Assembly (NCBI GenBank): GCA_046757965.1
Contig: JBHHZI010000001.1
Span: 25,112 to 89,111 of the forward strand
DNA: 64,000 bases
From: Acidobacteriota bacterium
Lineage (GTDB): Bacteria > Acidobacteriota > Polarisedimenticolia > SMYD01
Reading direction: 5' to 3'
Positions 28,702 through 39,300 of the stretch are shown one piece after another; within the stretch, counting starts at the first letter, position 1; every line of letters starts with the position of its first letter. The position numbers and the translations under genes are program-made. The notes under the pieces are model-generated. The model did no database searches, was not told the DNA's origin, and saw only the letters and a list, made by a program, of their open reading frames with translations.

Positions 28702-30078
28702 GTGCCCATCGGGGAGATATCGTCAGGTCGTCGTCCGGCGGAAGTCTTCCGGACGAACGACCTGGGCGCCGGCGCCGGCCCGGCGATCGGGCCGGAGCGT
28801 GGATTGCATGGAGGTCTCGCCGGCCTGAAGGCCCGAGAAGAGGAGGACAGCATTCGCGACCAGCTCGCGGCCCTGCGTATCGACCGTTCGGATGACGCCG
28901 CCCACCGGCGCCACCGGCGGTCCGCGGTCTGGATCGCGCTCCTGCTGATTCTGATAGCCGCTGTCGCCCTCGTGACATGGCGATGGCGTGCGACCCCGAT
29001 GGCCGAGGTGCGCGTGGTGCCGGTTCGCACCAGCAACACCGTCCCGACACGCGCCACTGTTCTCAACGCTTCCGGGTACGTCACCGCCCGGCGTCGCGCC
29101 ACGGTGTCGGCGAAGCTCACGGGCAAGCTGGTGGATGTATCGGTCGAGGAGGGCGTGCCGGTGGTCGCCGGGCAGATCCTGGCCCGGCTGGACGACTCTC
29201 TTCACCGGGCCAATCTGGACCTGGCCCGGGCGAGGCTGAGCACGGCCCGCCGAACCGTCATCGAGAGCACGTCGCGACGTCAACTGGCAGATCTCACCTA
29301 CGAACGATCGGTCCGCCTGGCCACGGACGGGATCATCGGCCAGGCGGACCTCGACGAGAGCCGCACGGAACGTGAGGCCCTCTCCGCGCGTGAGGCCCGC
29401 GACCGGGACCAGGTCAAGGTGGCCGAGCGGGAGGTTGCCGTCCGCGAAGCACAGATGAAGGAGACCATCGTCCGGGCTCCGTTCGACGGCATCGTGATAT
29501 CGAAGGACGCGCAGGAGGGTGAGATGGTCTCGCCGATCTCCGCCGGCGGCGGATTCACGCGGACAGGCATCTGCACCCTGGTGGACATGAACTCGCTGGA
29601 GATCGAGGTCGACGTCAACGAGGCGTACATCGCCCGTGTCAAGCGGCGGCAACCGGTCGAGGCGATTCTCGACGCCTATCCCGAGTGGAAGATCCCGGCG
29701 CACGTGATCACCACGATTCCGGCGGCTGACCGCCAGAAGGCCACGGTTCTGGTCCGGATCGGGTTCGACGCGCTGGACTCTCGCATTCTGCCCGACATGG
29801 GGGTCAAGGTGGCGTTTCGGGAATCCGGCGCGAGGAGTTCCGAGGCAGTCACGGCCGGGTTCACCATTCCGCGGGACGCGATCCGTCATGTGAAGGATCA
29901 CGACGTCGTGTTCGTCTATGTCGCCGGACATGTCGAACTCCGACCTGTCCGTATCGGATCGAGAGGTGAGGAGAGTTCCGAGGTCCTTGCGGGGCTGGTG
30001 TCCGGCGATCTCGTCGTGGTCGACGGACCGGAATCTCTCTCGGACGGTGAACCTGTCCGGCTACGTCCCGTAGAATGA
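28702..30078 (+). CDS. HlyD-family efflux periplasmic adaptor (membrane fusion protein)
   Basis: N-terminal TM segment. Coiled-coil region (LARARLSTARR ... REAQMKE). Beta-barrel/lipoyl hairpins. Position immediately upstream of ABC ATPase and permease genes. Confidence 0.85.
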   Translation: MPIGEISSGRRPAEVFRTNDLGAGAGPAIGPERGLHGGLAGLKAREEEDSIRDQLAALRIDRSDDAAHRRHRRSAVWIALLLILIAAVALVTWRWRATPMAEVRVVPVRTSNTVPTRATVLNASGYVTARRRATVSAKLTGKLVDVSVEEGVPVVAGQILARLDDSLHRANLDLARARLSTARRTVIESTSRRQLADLTYERSVRLATDGIIGQADLDESRTEREALSAREARDRDQVKVAEREVAVREAQMKETIVRAPFDGIVISKDAQEGEMVSPISAGGGFTRTGICTLVDMNSLEIEVDVNEAYIARVKRRQPVEAILDAYPEWKIPAHVITTIPAADRQKATVLVRIGFDALDSRILPDMGVKVAFRESGARSSEAVTAGFTIPRDAIRHVKDHDVVFVYVAGHVELRPVRIGSRGEESSEVLAGLVSGDLVVVDGPESLSDGEPVRLRPVE

Positions 30079-30104
30079 GAAAGACTGGCGGGAGGATCCA
30101 AACG

Positions 30105-30800
30105 ATGAGCGGTGACGACGTTCTCGTCCGGGTACGTGGGGTTCACAAGGTCTTCCATCGCGGGACGGAACGCATCGACGTCCTGCAAGGACTAGACATG
30201 GATATCAGGAAAGGTGAATTCCTGGCGCTGATGGGCCCTTCCGGTTCGGGCAAGACGACTCTGCTCAACCTGCTCGGAGGACTCGACCACCCCACCCAGG
30301 GGCGCATCCATGTGGGCGGAAAGCAGATCGATGAACTCGGCTCCGCGGCGCTGGCTCGCTGGCGGTCGGTCGAGGTGGGGTTCGTGTTCCAGCTTTACAA
30401 TCTCCTCCCGGTGCTCACCGCCGAGCGTAACGTCGAGTTGCCGCTGCTGCTGACCCGCTTATCCCGCGCCGAGCGCCGGCAGCATGTCGCGGCGGCCCTG
30501 GACGTCGTCGGCCTCGCGGACCGCGCCCGCCATTACCCCCGACAACTGTCGGGCGGCCAGGAACAGCGGGTCGGCATCGCCCGCGCCATCATCAACGATC
30601 CGACGTTGCTGCTGTGCGATGAGCCCACCGGCGATCTCGACCGCCAGGCCGGCGGCGAGATTCTCGCGCTGCTTCAGGCCCTGAACGCCGACCAGGGCAA
30701 GACCATCGTGATGGTCACCCACGATCCCCTGGCGGCGGAACGAGCCGGACGTACCCTGCATCTGGACAAGGGCGTTCTGCGCGAGGAGACCGCCGCGTGA
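30105..30800 (+). CDS. ABC transporter ATP-binding protein (MacB/LolD-like)
   Basis: Walker A GPSGSGKTT, Q-loop, signature LSGGQEQRV, Walker B LLLCDEPTGDLD, and H-loop. GGAGG upstream of ATG 30105. Confidence 0.9.
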   Translation: MSGDDVLVRVRGVHKVFHRGTERIDVLQGLDMDIRKGEFLALMGPSGSGKTTLLNLLGGLDHPTQGRIHVGGKQIDELGSAALARWRSVEVGFVFQLYNLLPVLTAERNVELPLLLTRLSRAERRQHVAAALDVVGLADRARHYPRQLSGGQEQRVGIARAIINDPTLLLCDEPTGDLDRQAGGEILALLQALNADQGKTIVMVTHDPLAAERAGRTLHLDKGVLREETAA

Positions 30801-31960
30801 GATTCGCGCATCTGGTGTGGCGCAACCTGCTGCGCAAGAAGGCCAGGACACTGTTCACCTTGCTGTCCATCGCGATCGCCTTCATCCTGTTCGCGCATCT
30901 GTCAGCGATCGGCCAGGCGTTCTCTCTCGGCGTCGAGGTTGCCGGCGCGGACCGTCTGATGGTCATTCACAAGGTGTCGCTCATCCAGCCCCTGCCGGTC
31001 AGCTATGGAGCCCGGTTGAAGAACATCCCGGGTGTCGCGGACGCCACTCACGCGACCTGGTTCGGGGGCAAGTATCAGGATGAGCACGAGGGGCGTTTCG
31101 GGATCTTTCCGGTGGTTCCCGAGGAATACCTCCGCACCTATCCCGAATTCGTACTCCCCGAGGAGCAGAAGATTGACTGGTTCGCCGACCGCACGGGAGC
31201 CGTGGTGGGACGCCAGACCGCAGATGATTTCGGCTGGAAGGTGGGCGATCGAATACCGATACAGGGAACGATCTTTCGCAGGACCGGTGGAAATGACACG
31301 TGGGAATTCACCATCGATGGAATCTACCACGGGGCCAAGCAGGGTGTCGACGAGACCCTGTTCCTCATCCACTACGACAGCTTCAACGAATCACGGGAGG
31401 CGCTGGCCGGTAAGGACCTGGTCGGCTGGTACATCGTCCGGGTGGAGGACCCGGAACATGCCGCGGAAATAGCCGACCGCATCGATGTGGAGTTCGCCAA
31501 CTCGGCGGCGGAGACGGAGACCTCGACGGAAAAGGCCTTCGTCCAGGGCTTCGCCAACCAGATTGGCAACATCGGCGCCATACTCCGGGCCGTGATGACA
31601 GCGGTGTTCTTCACCATCCTCATGGTGGCCGGCACGACCATGGCCCAGTCGGTCCGCGAAAGAACGTCGGAGCTGGCCGTCCTCAAGACGCTGGGTTTCT
31701 CGGACGGACGCATCCTGTGGTTCGTTCTGCAGGAATCCCTTCTCATCGCCGGTCTCGGGGGCGGCCTGGGTCTGGGACTCGGGTGGCTGATGGTGCAGGG
31801 CGGCGACCCCACCGGCGGCTATCTGCCACTGTTCGCCATGCCGGCCTCCCACGTGGGACTGGGCGTGGCACTCATCGTGCTTCTGGGTCTGACGAGTGGC
31901 CTGATGCCGGCCTTGCAGGCGATGCGGCTGAGAATCGTCACTGCCCTGCGGAGCACCTGA
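30797..31960 (+). CDS. ABC transporter permease (FtsX/MacB-type)
   Basis: N-terminal TM helix, a large periplasmic domain, then three TM helices (FtsX fold). 4-nt overlap with the ATPase gene. Confidence 0.85.
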   Translation: MRFAHLVWRNLLRKKARTLFTLLSIAIAFILFAHLSAIGQAFSLGVEVAGADRLMVIHKVSLIQPLPVSYGARLKNIPGVADATHATWFGGKYQDEHEGRFGIFPVVPEEYLRTYPEFVLPEEQKIDWFADRTGAVVGRQTADDFGWKVGDRIPIQGTIFRRTGGNDTWEFTIDGIYHGAKQGVDETLFLIHYDSFNESREALAGKDLVGWYIVRVEDPEHAAEIADRIDVEFANSAAETETSTEKAFVQGFANQIGNIGAILRAVMTAVFFTILMVAGTTMAQSVRERTSELAVLKTLGFSDGRILWFVLQESLLIAGLGGGLGLGLGWLMVQGGDPTGGYLPLFAMPASHVGLGVALIVLLGLTSGLMPALQAMRLRIVTALRST

Positions 31961-31962
31961 AC

Positions 31963-33150
31963 ATGGGATGGCTGAACCAGACGCTGGCGATCACCGGCAT
32001 GAGTCTCCGCACCATTCCTCGCCGACTTGGCGCGTCGCTGTCCGCCGCCATCGGCGTGGCCGGCGTCGTGGCAGTGATGGTCGCGGTGCTGTCCATCGCG
32101 GAAGGATTCCGGGCGACACTGGCACGCACGGGCTCACCGGACACGGCGCTCGTGCTGCGGAGCGGTTCCGACTCGGAGATGAGCAGCACCCTCCCTCTGG
32201 CCCAGTCTCGCATCATCAGAGACGCGCCCGGAATCTTGCGCGGTGAGATGGGGCCCGTGGTCTCCGCCGAGCTGTTCGTCATCGTCGATCTGCCCAAGCG
32301 CAGCACCGGGACCAAGGCAAATGTCCCCCTGCGCGGTGTGGAGCCCGGGGCGTTTGACGTGCGTGAGAAGGTGCGGATCGTCGAAGGGAGACGATTCGAC
32401 ACCGGTCGCAACGAACTCATCGTCGGCACCGGCGCCCGCGATCAGTTCGTCGGACTGGACCTCGGGCATACCATCCGCCTCGGGGCGATTGACTGGGAGG
32501 TCGTGGGGATCTTCAGCGCCGGAGGGGCCCTCAACGAGTCCGAGATGTGGTGCGACGCGAACGTGCTGAGACCGGCCTATCACCGAGACGACACATTTCA
32601 GTCGATGTATGCCCGGATGGAATCGCCGGCAAGTTTCGAGACCTTGAAGGACGCACTCACCACAGATCCGCGTCTGAGCGTCAAGGTCATTCGCGCGGAA
32701 GAGTACTACGCAAGTCAGTCCGATCTCCTCCATGCGCTCGTCACCGGCCTGGGCACCCTGGTCGCAGCCCTGATGGCGATAGGCGCAGTGTTCGGGGCCA
32801 TCAACACGATGTACTCGGCGGTGGCGGCCCGCACCCGCGAGATCGCCACGTTGCGGGCCCTGGGCTTCGGCGGCAGACCCGTGATCCTGTCAGTGCTTTG
32901 CGAGTCCCTGCTCATCTCCCTGTGCGGCGGCATGGCCGGCGGCATCGGGGCCTACCTGGCGTTCAACGGCTACCAGGCCGCGACGCTGAACTGGCAGAGC
33001 TTCAGCCAGGTGGTCTTCGCCTTCCAGGTGACTCCCGGCCTGCTGCTGGCTGGCCTCCTCGCCTCGCTCCTGATGGGGTTGCTCGGCGGCCTGCTGCCGG
33101 CCGTGCGGGCTGCGAGAACCCCGGTGGCCACGGCGCTGCGACAACTCTGA
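31963..33150 (+). CDS. Second ABC transporter permease (FtsX/MacB-type)
   Basis: Same architecture as the preceding permease. The start ATG is 3 nt after the previous stop. Confidence 0.85.
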   Translation: MGWLNQTLAITGMSLRTIPRRLGASLSAAIGVAGVVAVMVAVLSIAEGFRATLARTGSPDTALVLRSGSDSEMSSTLPLAQSRIIRDAPGILRGEMGPVVSAELFVIVDLPKRSTGTKANVPLRGVEPGAFDVREKVRIVEGRRFDTGRNELIVGTGARDQFVGLDLGHTIRLGAIDWEVVGIFSAGGALNESEMWCDANVLRPAYHRDDTFQSMYARMESPASFETLKDALTTDPRLSVKVIRAEEYYASQSDLLHALVTGLGTLVAALMAIGAVFGAINTMYSAVAARTREIATLRALGFGGRPVILSVLCESLLISLCGGMAGGIGAYLAFNGYQAATLNWQSFSQVVFAFQVTPGLLLAGLLASLLMGLLGGLLPAVRAARTPVATALRQL

Positions 33151-33184
33151 CCATCCCCGCCAACGCCCCCGGCCGTCCGGACGG

Positions 33185-33213
33185 TTGACATCGTCAGCCG
33201 AACGGCGTACAAA
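33185..33213 (+). promoter_or_regulatory. Candidate sigma-70-type promoter (TTGACA, 17 bp spacer, TACAAA) preceded by a 12-nt perfect palindrome CCGTCCGGACGG
   Basis: Consensus -35 hexamer and a reasonable -10, about 180 nt upstream of the giant gene. The palindrome at 33173-33184 abuts the -35. Confidence 0.35.
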
Positions 33214-33390
33214 CTGGGTCATCTGCCCCGTCACGGCGTGCGTCCCGATTTCCGGAACCTGAATCCCGAGAGGTTCGTGCGCGCCGTGTGATAAGGCGTC
33301 GGGGGCAACGGCGTCCTTCATATCAGAACCGCGCCGGCAGAGTGACCCGGGCAATGCGGCCCGCAGGCTGTGGGATATCTTGGGGGGATC

Positions 33391-36300
33391 ATGAAGAAGA
33401 GCCTGTACCTCTGTGTATTCCTCGCGAGCGGTGTCATCGCGACCGCCGCCGAGATTCCGTTCTATGATGCCCGGGCGATCGCCCGGGGACTCACCGATCC
33501 ATCGAAGATATTCCTTGCTGACCTGGATGGCGACGGCCGTGCTGACCTGCTCTCCGCCTCCTTCGGAGACGAGATCGTCGCCTGGTCGCGCAACCTGGGC
33601 AAGGACTCCGCCGGCCAGACGCTGTTCGGGTCCCGGCAGACCATCGCCGCGGCCCCGGCTGTCTTCAGTCCCACCGGCGTCCTTGCGATCGATGTCGATG
33701 GGGATGGCGACCTCGACGTGCTGTCGTCCTCGTTTGCCGACGCGAAGATCGCCTGGTACGAGAATCTCGGCACTGGAAACTTCGGCGACCCCGCCACCAA
33801 CCAGAAGGTCATCTCCACCGGCGCCATCGGCGCCTTCGCCGTCTCGGCCGCCGACATCGATGGCGACGGGGACGTTGACGTTCTCTCCGCCTCCCAGAGC
33901 GACTCGCGCATCGTCTGGTACGAGAACAGCGGCGCGCCGGCAGCACCGGGCGAGTGGACGTTTCACGACGTGTCCACCGCCGCCATGGCGGCACGCCAGG
34001 TGATCGCGGCGGACCTCGATGCCGACGGCGATCTGGATCTGCTGTCGGCGTCGGTGTTCGGCAACCCCATCGCCTGGTACGAGAACCTCGGTGGTGGCGT
34101 CTTCGGCGACGCCGCCACCAATCAGAGGGTGATCTCGTCGACCGTGCTGAGCGGGCGCGCGGCTGTCGCCGGCGACGTGGACGGTGACGGGGATCTCGAT
34201 CCGATCTCCGCCTCGTGCGTCGACAACACCGTGGCCTGGTACGAGAACAGCGGCTCCACCACCACCGGCATCTGGAACCAGCGCGTCGTCTCGAGCACCG
34301 CCGCCTGTCCCGAGTCGGTCTTTGCGGCTGATCTGGATCAAGACGGCGATATCGACATCCTCTCGGCCTCGTCGGGTGGCACGCTGAACTGGTTCGAGAA
34401 TGTCAATGGCCTCGGCATGTTCGCCACCGCCCGGCCCCTGGCAAGCGCCTTCGGCGGCATCGATGCCCGCGCCGGCGACATGGACGGCGACGGCGACCTC
34501 GATGTGGTGGGTGCGACGGCTCTCACCGGTGAGATCGCCTGGTTCGAGAACCGCACCATCCACGGCAACAGCACCTTCGCGCCCGCGTCCATCATCGATT
34601 CCGCCGTCGACGTCACGGCGGTGGTGGCGGCCGACCTCGACCGGGACGGCAGTCCCGACGCGGTGGCCGGCAGCGGGGCCGATGGATCCCTGGCCTGGTG
34701 GCACAACGACGAGCAGGGCCTCTTCTCGCAGATCGCCCGGGACATCTCGCTCAACTCGCCCGGCACGGAGGCGATCGTGGCAGCCGACCTGGACGGCGAC
34801 GGCGATCTCGATGTGGCGTCGGCTACGACGAGCAGCGGCTCCCGCCTCGCCTGGCACCGGAACCTGGGCGCCGGTGACTTCGGTGCGGATTCGATCATCG
34901 ATGCCTCCGGCGTCAATTACAGGACCATCGACTCAGGCGACATCGATGGCGACGGGGATCTCGATCTGCTGGCCGGCGGCAACTTCAACGAAGGCTCCAC
35001 ACCCGGCGTGCTGACCTGGCTCGAGAATACCGACGGGAACGGCACGTTCTCCGCCCGGCCGAACATTCCCACGGGAATCGTCGAGAGCATCGCCTCCGTT
35101 CATCTGGCAGACCTGGACGGTGACGGCGACCTGGACATCATCACCGGAGGAGTCACGTCGGCGCTTGGCAGCGTCGACTGGTTCGCCAACGACGGCGCCG
35201 GGAACTTCTCACCCGCCGCGGGCATCGACACCACGAGCGATCCGATCGCATCGGTCACGACCACCGATGTGGACGGCGACGGCGACCGGGACGTCGTGGC
35301 CGGCCGGTCCTTTGCCGTGTCATGGTACGAGAACGTGGATGGTCACGCAGGAGCGTTCGGACCGGCCCGGAGCATCACGGCCAGTGTCAAGTCGGTCCGC
35401 TCCGTGTTCGCCGCCGATGTGGATCGGGACGGCGATGCCGATGTTCTCGCCGCGTCGTCCGATGACAACCTCCTCTCCTGGTACGAGAACCTCAACGGCG
35501 CCGGAAACTTCGGCCCACAGCAGACCGTCGATGCCGACTCCGTCGGCGCCCGCTCCATCGTCACGGCAGACATCGACAGCGACGGGGACCTCGACGTGCT
35601 GTCCGCTTCTCCCCTGGGATTGGCGCTGGCCTGGTCGGAGAATCGTGGCGGCCAGTACAGTTTCTCGGGTTCCGACCTGGCCCCGGCGCGCGCACCGTCG
35701 GGGCAGGTGATCCCGCTGCTGTCCCTGACGGCGACGTTGCATGCCCGTCCGGGAGACTCCCCGGGTGAGGTCACCTCACTCGCCCTGCTCTTCGAGCAGG
35801 CGCCGGGTGTCCCGCTGACCACCGAGGAGGCCAACGGTCTCATCGATGCCCTGCGGGTTTACCGCGACACCGGCTCGGGCATGTTCGAGGCGGGCGACGA
35901 CCTCGTCGTGACCACGGTCCAGACACTCGCCCTCGGCGGCGGGGTCCAGACCGTCCTGTTCGGCGATGGAGATGCTCTCGCCCGGCTGGCGGCCCCCGCA
36001 ACCTTCTTCGTGGTCGCCGAGCTGTCGCACGCCTCCTTTGACCTGATTCCCGACCACTTCCGCGTGACCCATCTGGCACCCAGCAGTGTCGTCGAGGACT
36101 TCCGCACCGACCTGCCCCTGGCACCGGCCACACTCGCCAGCATCACCTCGACCATCACCACCGCCTTCCAGCCGCTGGTGGTGACCACCACCGCCGACAG
36201 GGTCGACGACGCCGACGGCGTGTCCAGCCTGCGCGAGGCGGTTCAGGACGCCAACAGCCGTCCCGGGCCCGACCTCATTCTTCTCGGGCCGGGGACGTAC

Positions 36301-39300
36301 ACGCTGAGCATCGCCGGCGCCGGGGAGAATGCGGCGGCGAGTGGAGATCTCGACGTGACGGATTCCTCCGGCACACTCACCATCCAGGGCGCCGGCGCCC
36401 CCTCGCCCATCATCGAGGCCAGCGGCATCGACCGGGTGTTCGAGATCATCGGCGCCAGCCTGACGCTGGAAGGCGTCACCATCACAGGCGGCATGCCGCC
36501 GGAAGGCACCAGTCGGGGCGGCGGCATCGGCCATTTCTGTTGCTCGACCGGCACCACCACGCTCATCAACAGCGTGGTCACCGGCAACACGGCCTCCTTC
36601 TCGGGCGGTGTTGACAACAACAGCCCGAACGGTTCCATCATCGTGCTGAACAGCACGCTGACAGGGAACAGCTCCGGCTTCGGCAGTGCCATGGCGCTGG
36701 CCTTCGGCGCCGTCACCGTGTCCGGCAGCACCATCTCCGGCAACACCGGTTCCGCGGCGGTCGTCATCTCTCAGGATACGATCGGCACCATCGACAGCAG
36801 CACCATCACCGGCAACGATACCGGCCTGTCGAGTTCCTCGTCCACGCCGCTGCGCCTGTCCAACACGGTGGTGGCGGGCAACACCACGGATCTGACGGGT
36901 TCGTTCAACCTCGCCGGCCACAACCTCATCGGCAACCTCGGCGCAGCGGTACTCTCTTCCACCACGGTCACCGACCAGATCGGCGGCGAGGATGGGGGCC
37001 CCGCCATCGACGCTCTCCTCGGGCCGCTGCAGCTCAACAACGGCCCCACGCCGAATCATGCCCTGCTCGCCGGCAGTCCCGCGATCGATGCGGGGAACTG
37101 TTCCGGTCAGACCACCGACCAGCGAGGGGCTCCTCGCCCGGTGGACCTCTCCTCCGTGCCGAACGTGACCGGAGGCGACGGCTGTGATATCGGCGCCATC
37201 GAGGACACCGTCGCGCAGACCCTGACCGTCGTCAACGTTCCGGTCCGCTGGTGCGGGGTCGTCGGTGCGCCGTCGCTGCCGACAACCGCCGCCGCAGCCA
37301 ATGCCGAGCTTCTCTCCCGCAGCGAGGCGGCGACGTCGAACGTCCTGGCTCCCGTTGCCTCGATCCGGGTGCGCTCGGGAGCCACGGCGACCTTCCCCAG
37401 TTTTCCGCTGCTGACCGACCCGGACACCACCATCGGCAATCCCGGCGATGTTGTCGTCGACCCGGCGGCACGCAATTACGACGAAGTCCTGCAGCTCTTC
37501 ACCAGTTGCCGGACAGCCTGGGAGCAGGGAGACCCCTCGGTGGTCGGGATCACGGCCGTCCAGATCAACCAGTTCGTCGACCCGGCCAGGAACGCACTGG
37601 GGCTGCTCGGAGTCGGCGGTCGAGCCGAGCCCCTCAACGCCCCCCAGCAGGCCGTCGCCGGCCGTGTGATGATAGTGGACCCGCAACACCTGGTCGGACT
37701 CACACCCGCCGATTCCATCGAGCGGATCCTGGCCCACGAGTTCGGTCACGCCCTGTCCCTTCCCCACGGCAACGGGATGGACGATGACCTCAATGGCGTT
37801 CTTGACGACAACGACGACCGGTTCCTCGGCCTGCCGCGATTCGACGGGCCGAACCTGATGCACTACCGGACGGGATCCCAGCTCACCGATCTCCAGATCG
37901 GTCAGGCACGCCTGCACGCTGTCTCGACGATCCCCGACACGACGCTGTCGTCGAGCCTCGCGGTGGATGCCGACGACGTGCCGATCGATGAGGGCTTCAT
38001 CGACATCCTCGACTTTGGCTTCATCGATATTCTCGATTTCGGCTTCATCGACATCCTCGACTTCGGCTTCATCGACATCCTCGACTTCGCCATGAACGAG
38101 ACTCTCGATTTCGGCTTCGTCGATATCCTCGACTTTGGCATGTCCATCGGGACGGAAGCCCCGGACGAGACGACCCTGTTCACCTCCACCGGGGGCCTCC
38201 TGTGGCCACAGCCGATCCGGGTGGACTCGTCGTACTACTTCTACCTGGACCTCGACATGAATCCGGCCACGGGCGGCACGCCGTCCGATTTCGGCTTTCC
38301 TGGAGCCGGCGTGGCCGCCCAGACCGGCGTCGATCTCATCGCTCAGGTCGATGTGACGGCAACCGGCCAGACCCTGACCGTCCACCAGTTTGTCGATTCG
38401 ACCACCGGCTTCGTCGTCGTGCCGAACCCGGTGGCGGAACCGACCCGGGTGGAGAACGTGAGCGTCGGCCTGTTCCAGAGAACCGGCGGCGCGGCCGCCG
38501 AGACCGACGACCAGGCCATCGGCATCAACGTGCGGGCCCAGATCAAGAACAGTGTCCTGGAAGGAGCCGGCTGGACGGTCGGCGATCCGCTGACGCTCGA
38601 GACCCTCTCGACCGTGACCTGTTCAGGCATCCTGCCGGCCGGTTTCACCATTGATTGCCAGTGCATGGACTGTGCTGTCTGTCCGGATTTTCCGGGCTGT
38701 GCGGCCACCGGGACGCCCGACACCATCGATCCGGTCGTCGTCACCGACTGCGTCAACGCGGACCTCGACTTCACCCCCCCGCTGCTCCCGGCCTGCTTGG
38801 CCACCCCCGGGGAGATCGTCCCCGGAGGCAGCACCGTGGTCACCGCGAGCCATTTCCCGGCCGGCGCGGGCAACGTCGAGGTCCTGATCGGCTCCACCGT
38901 GCTGGGCAGTTCGCCGGTCGATGGGAGCGGGGATGCCGTCATCCCGGTCACCATTCCCTCCGGCACCACCGGTGGCCCGCTCGTCCTGACGACACGCATC
39001 CCCGGCCTCGCCACGGAGGCCACATGCGGCGTGCAGGTCAGTTCTCAGACGTCGGTCTGCGCGCCGGACCTCCAGGCGCCGTCGGTCAGTGTGACTGACA
39101 GCCTCATCGTGGCCGAGCAGACCACCTGTGGCGGCACGCCGGTCGACGTGCTCACCGCCAGCGGCTTCAGTGCGGATGATCTGTGCGATGGCTCACCGGC
39201 TGTCGCACTCTCGGATGCCGGACCCTATCCACTCGGCGACACCGTGGTCACCATCACCGCAACGGATGCGACCGGCAACAGCGCCGCCATCGACGTCACG

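Noticed and set aside
32890-34857. 655-aa minus-strand ORF
   Set aside because: Antisense to the ABC permease and the start of the giant gene. Arg-rich composition and no motifs.
35776-38385. 869-aa minus-strand ORF
   Set aside because: It lies entirely antisense to the well-supported giant protein gene. It is Arg/Gly/Asp-rich with mirror-image codon bias, the classic high-GC shadow ORF.
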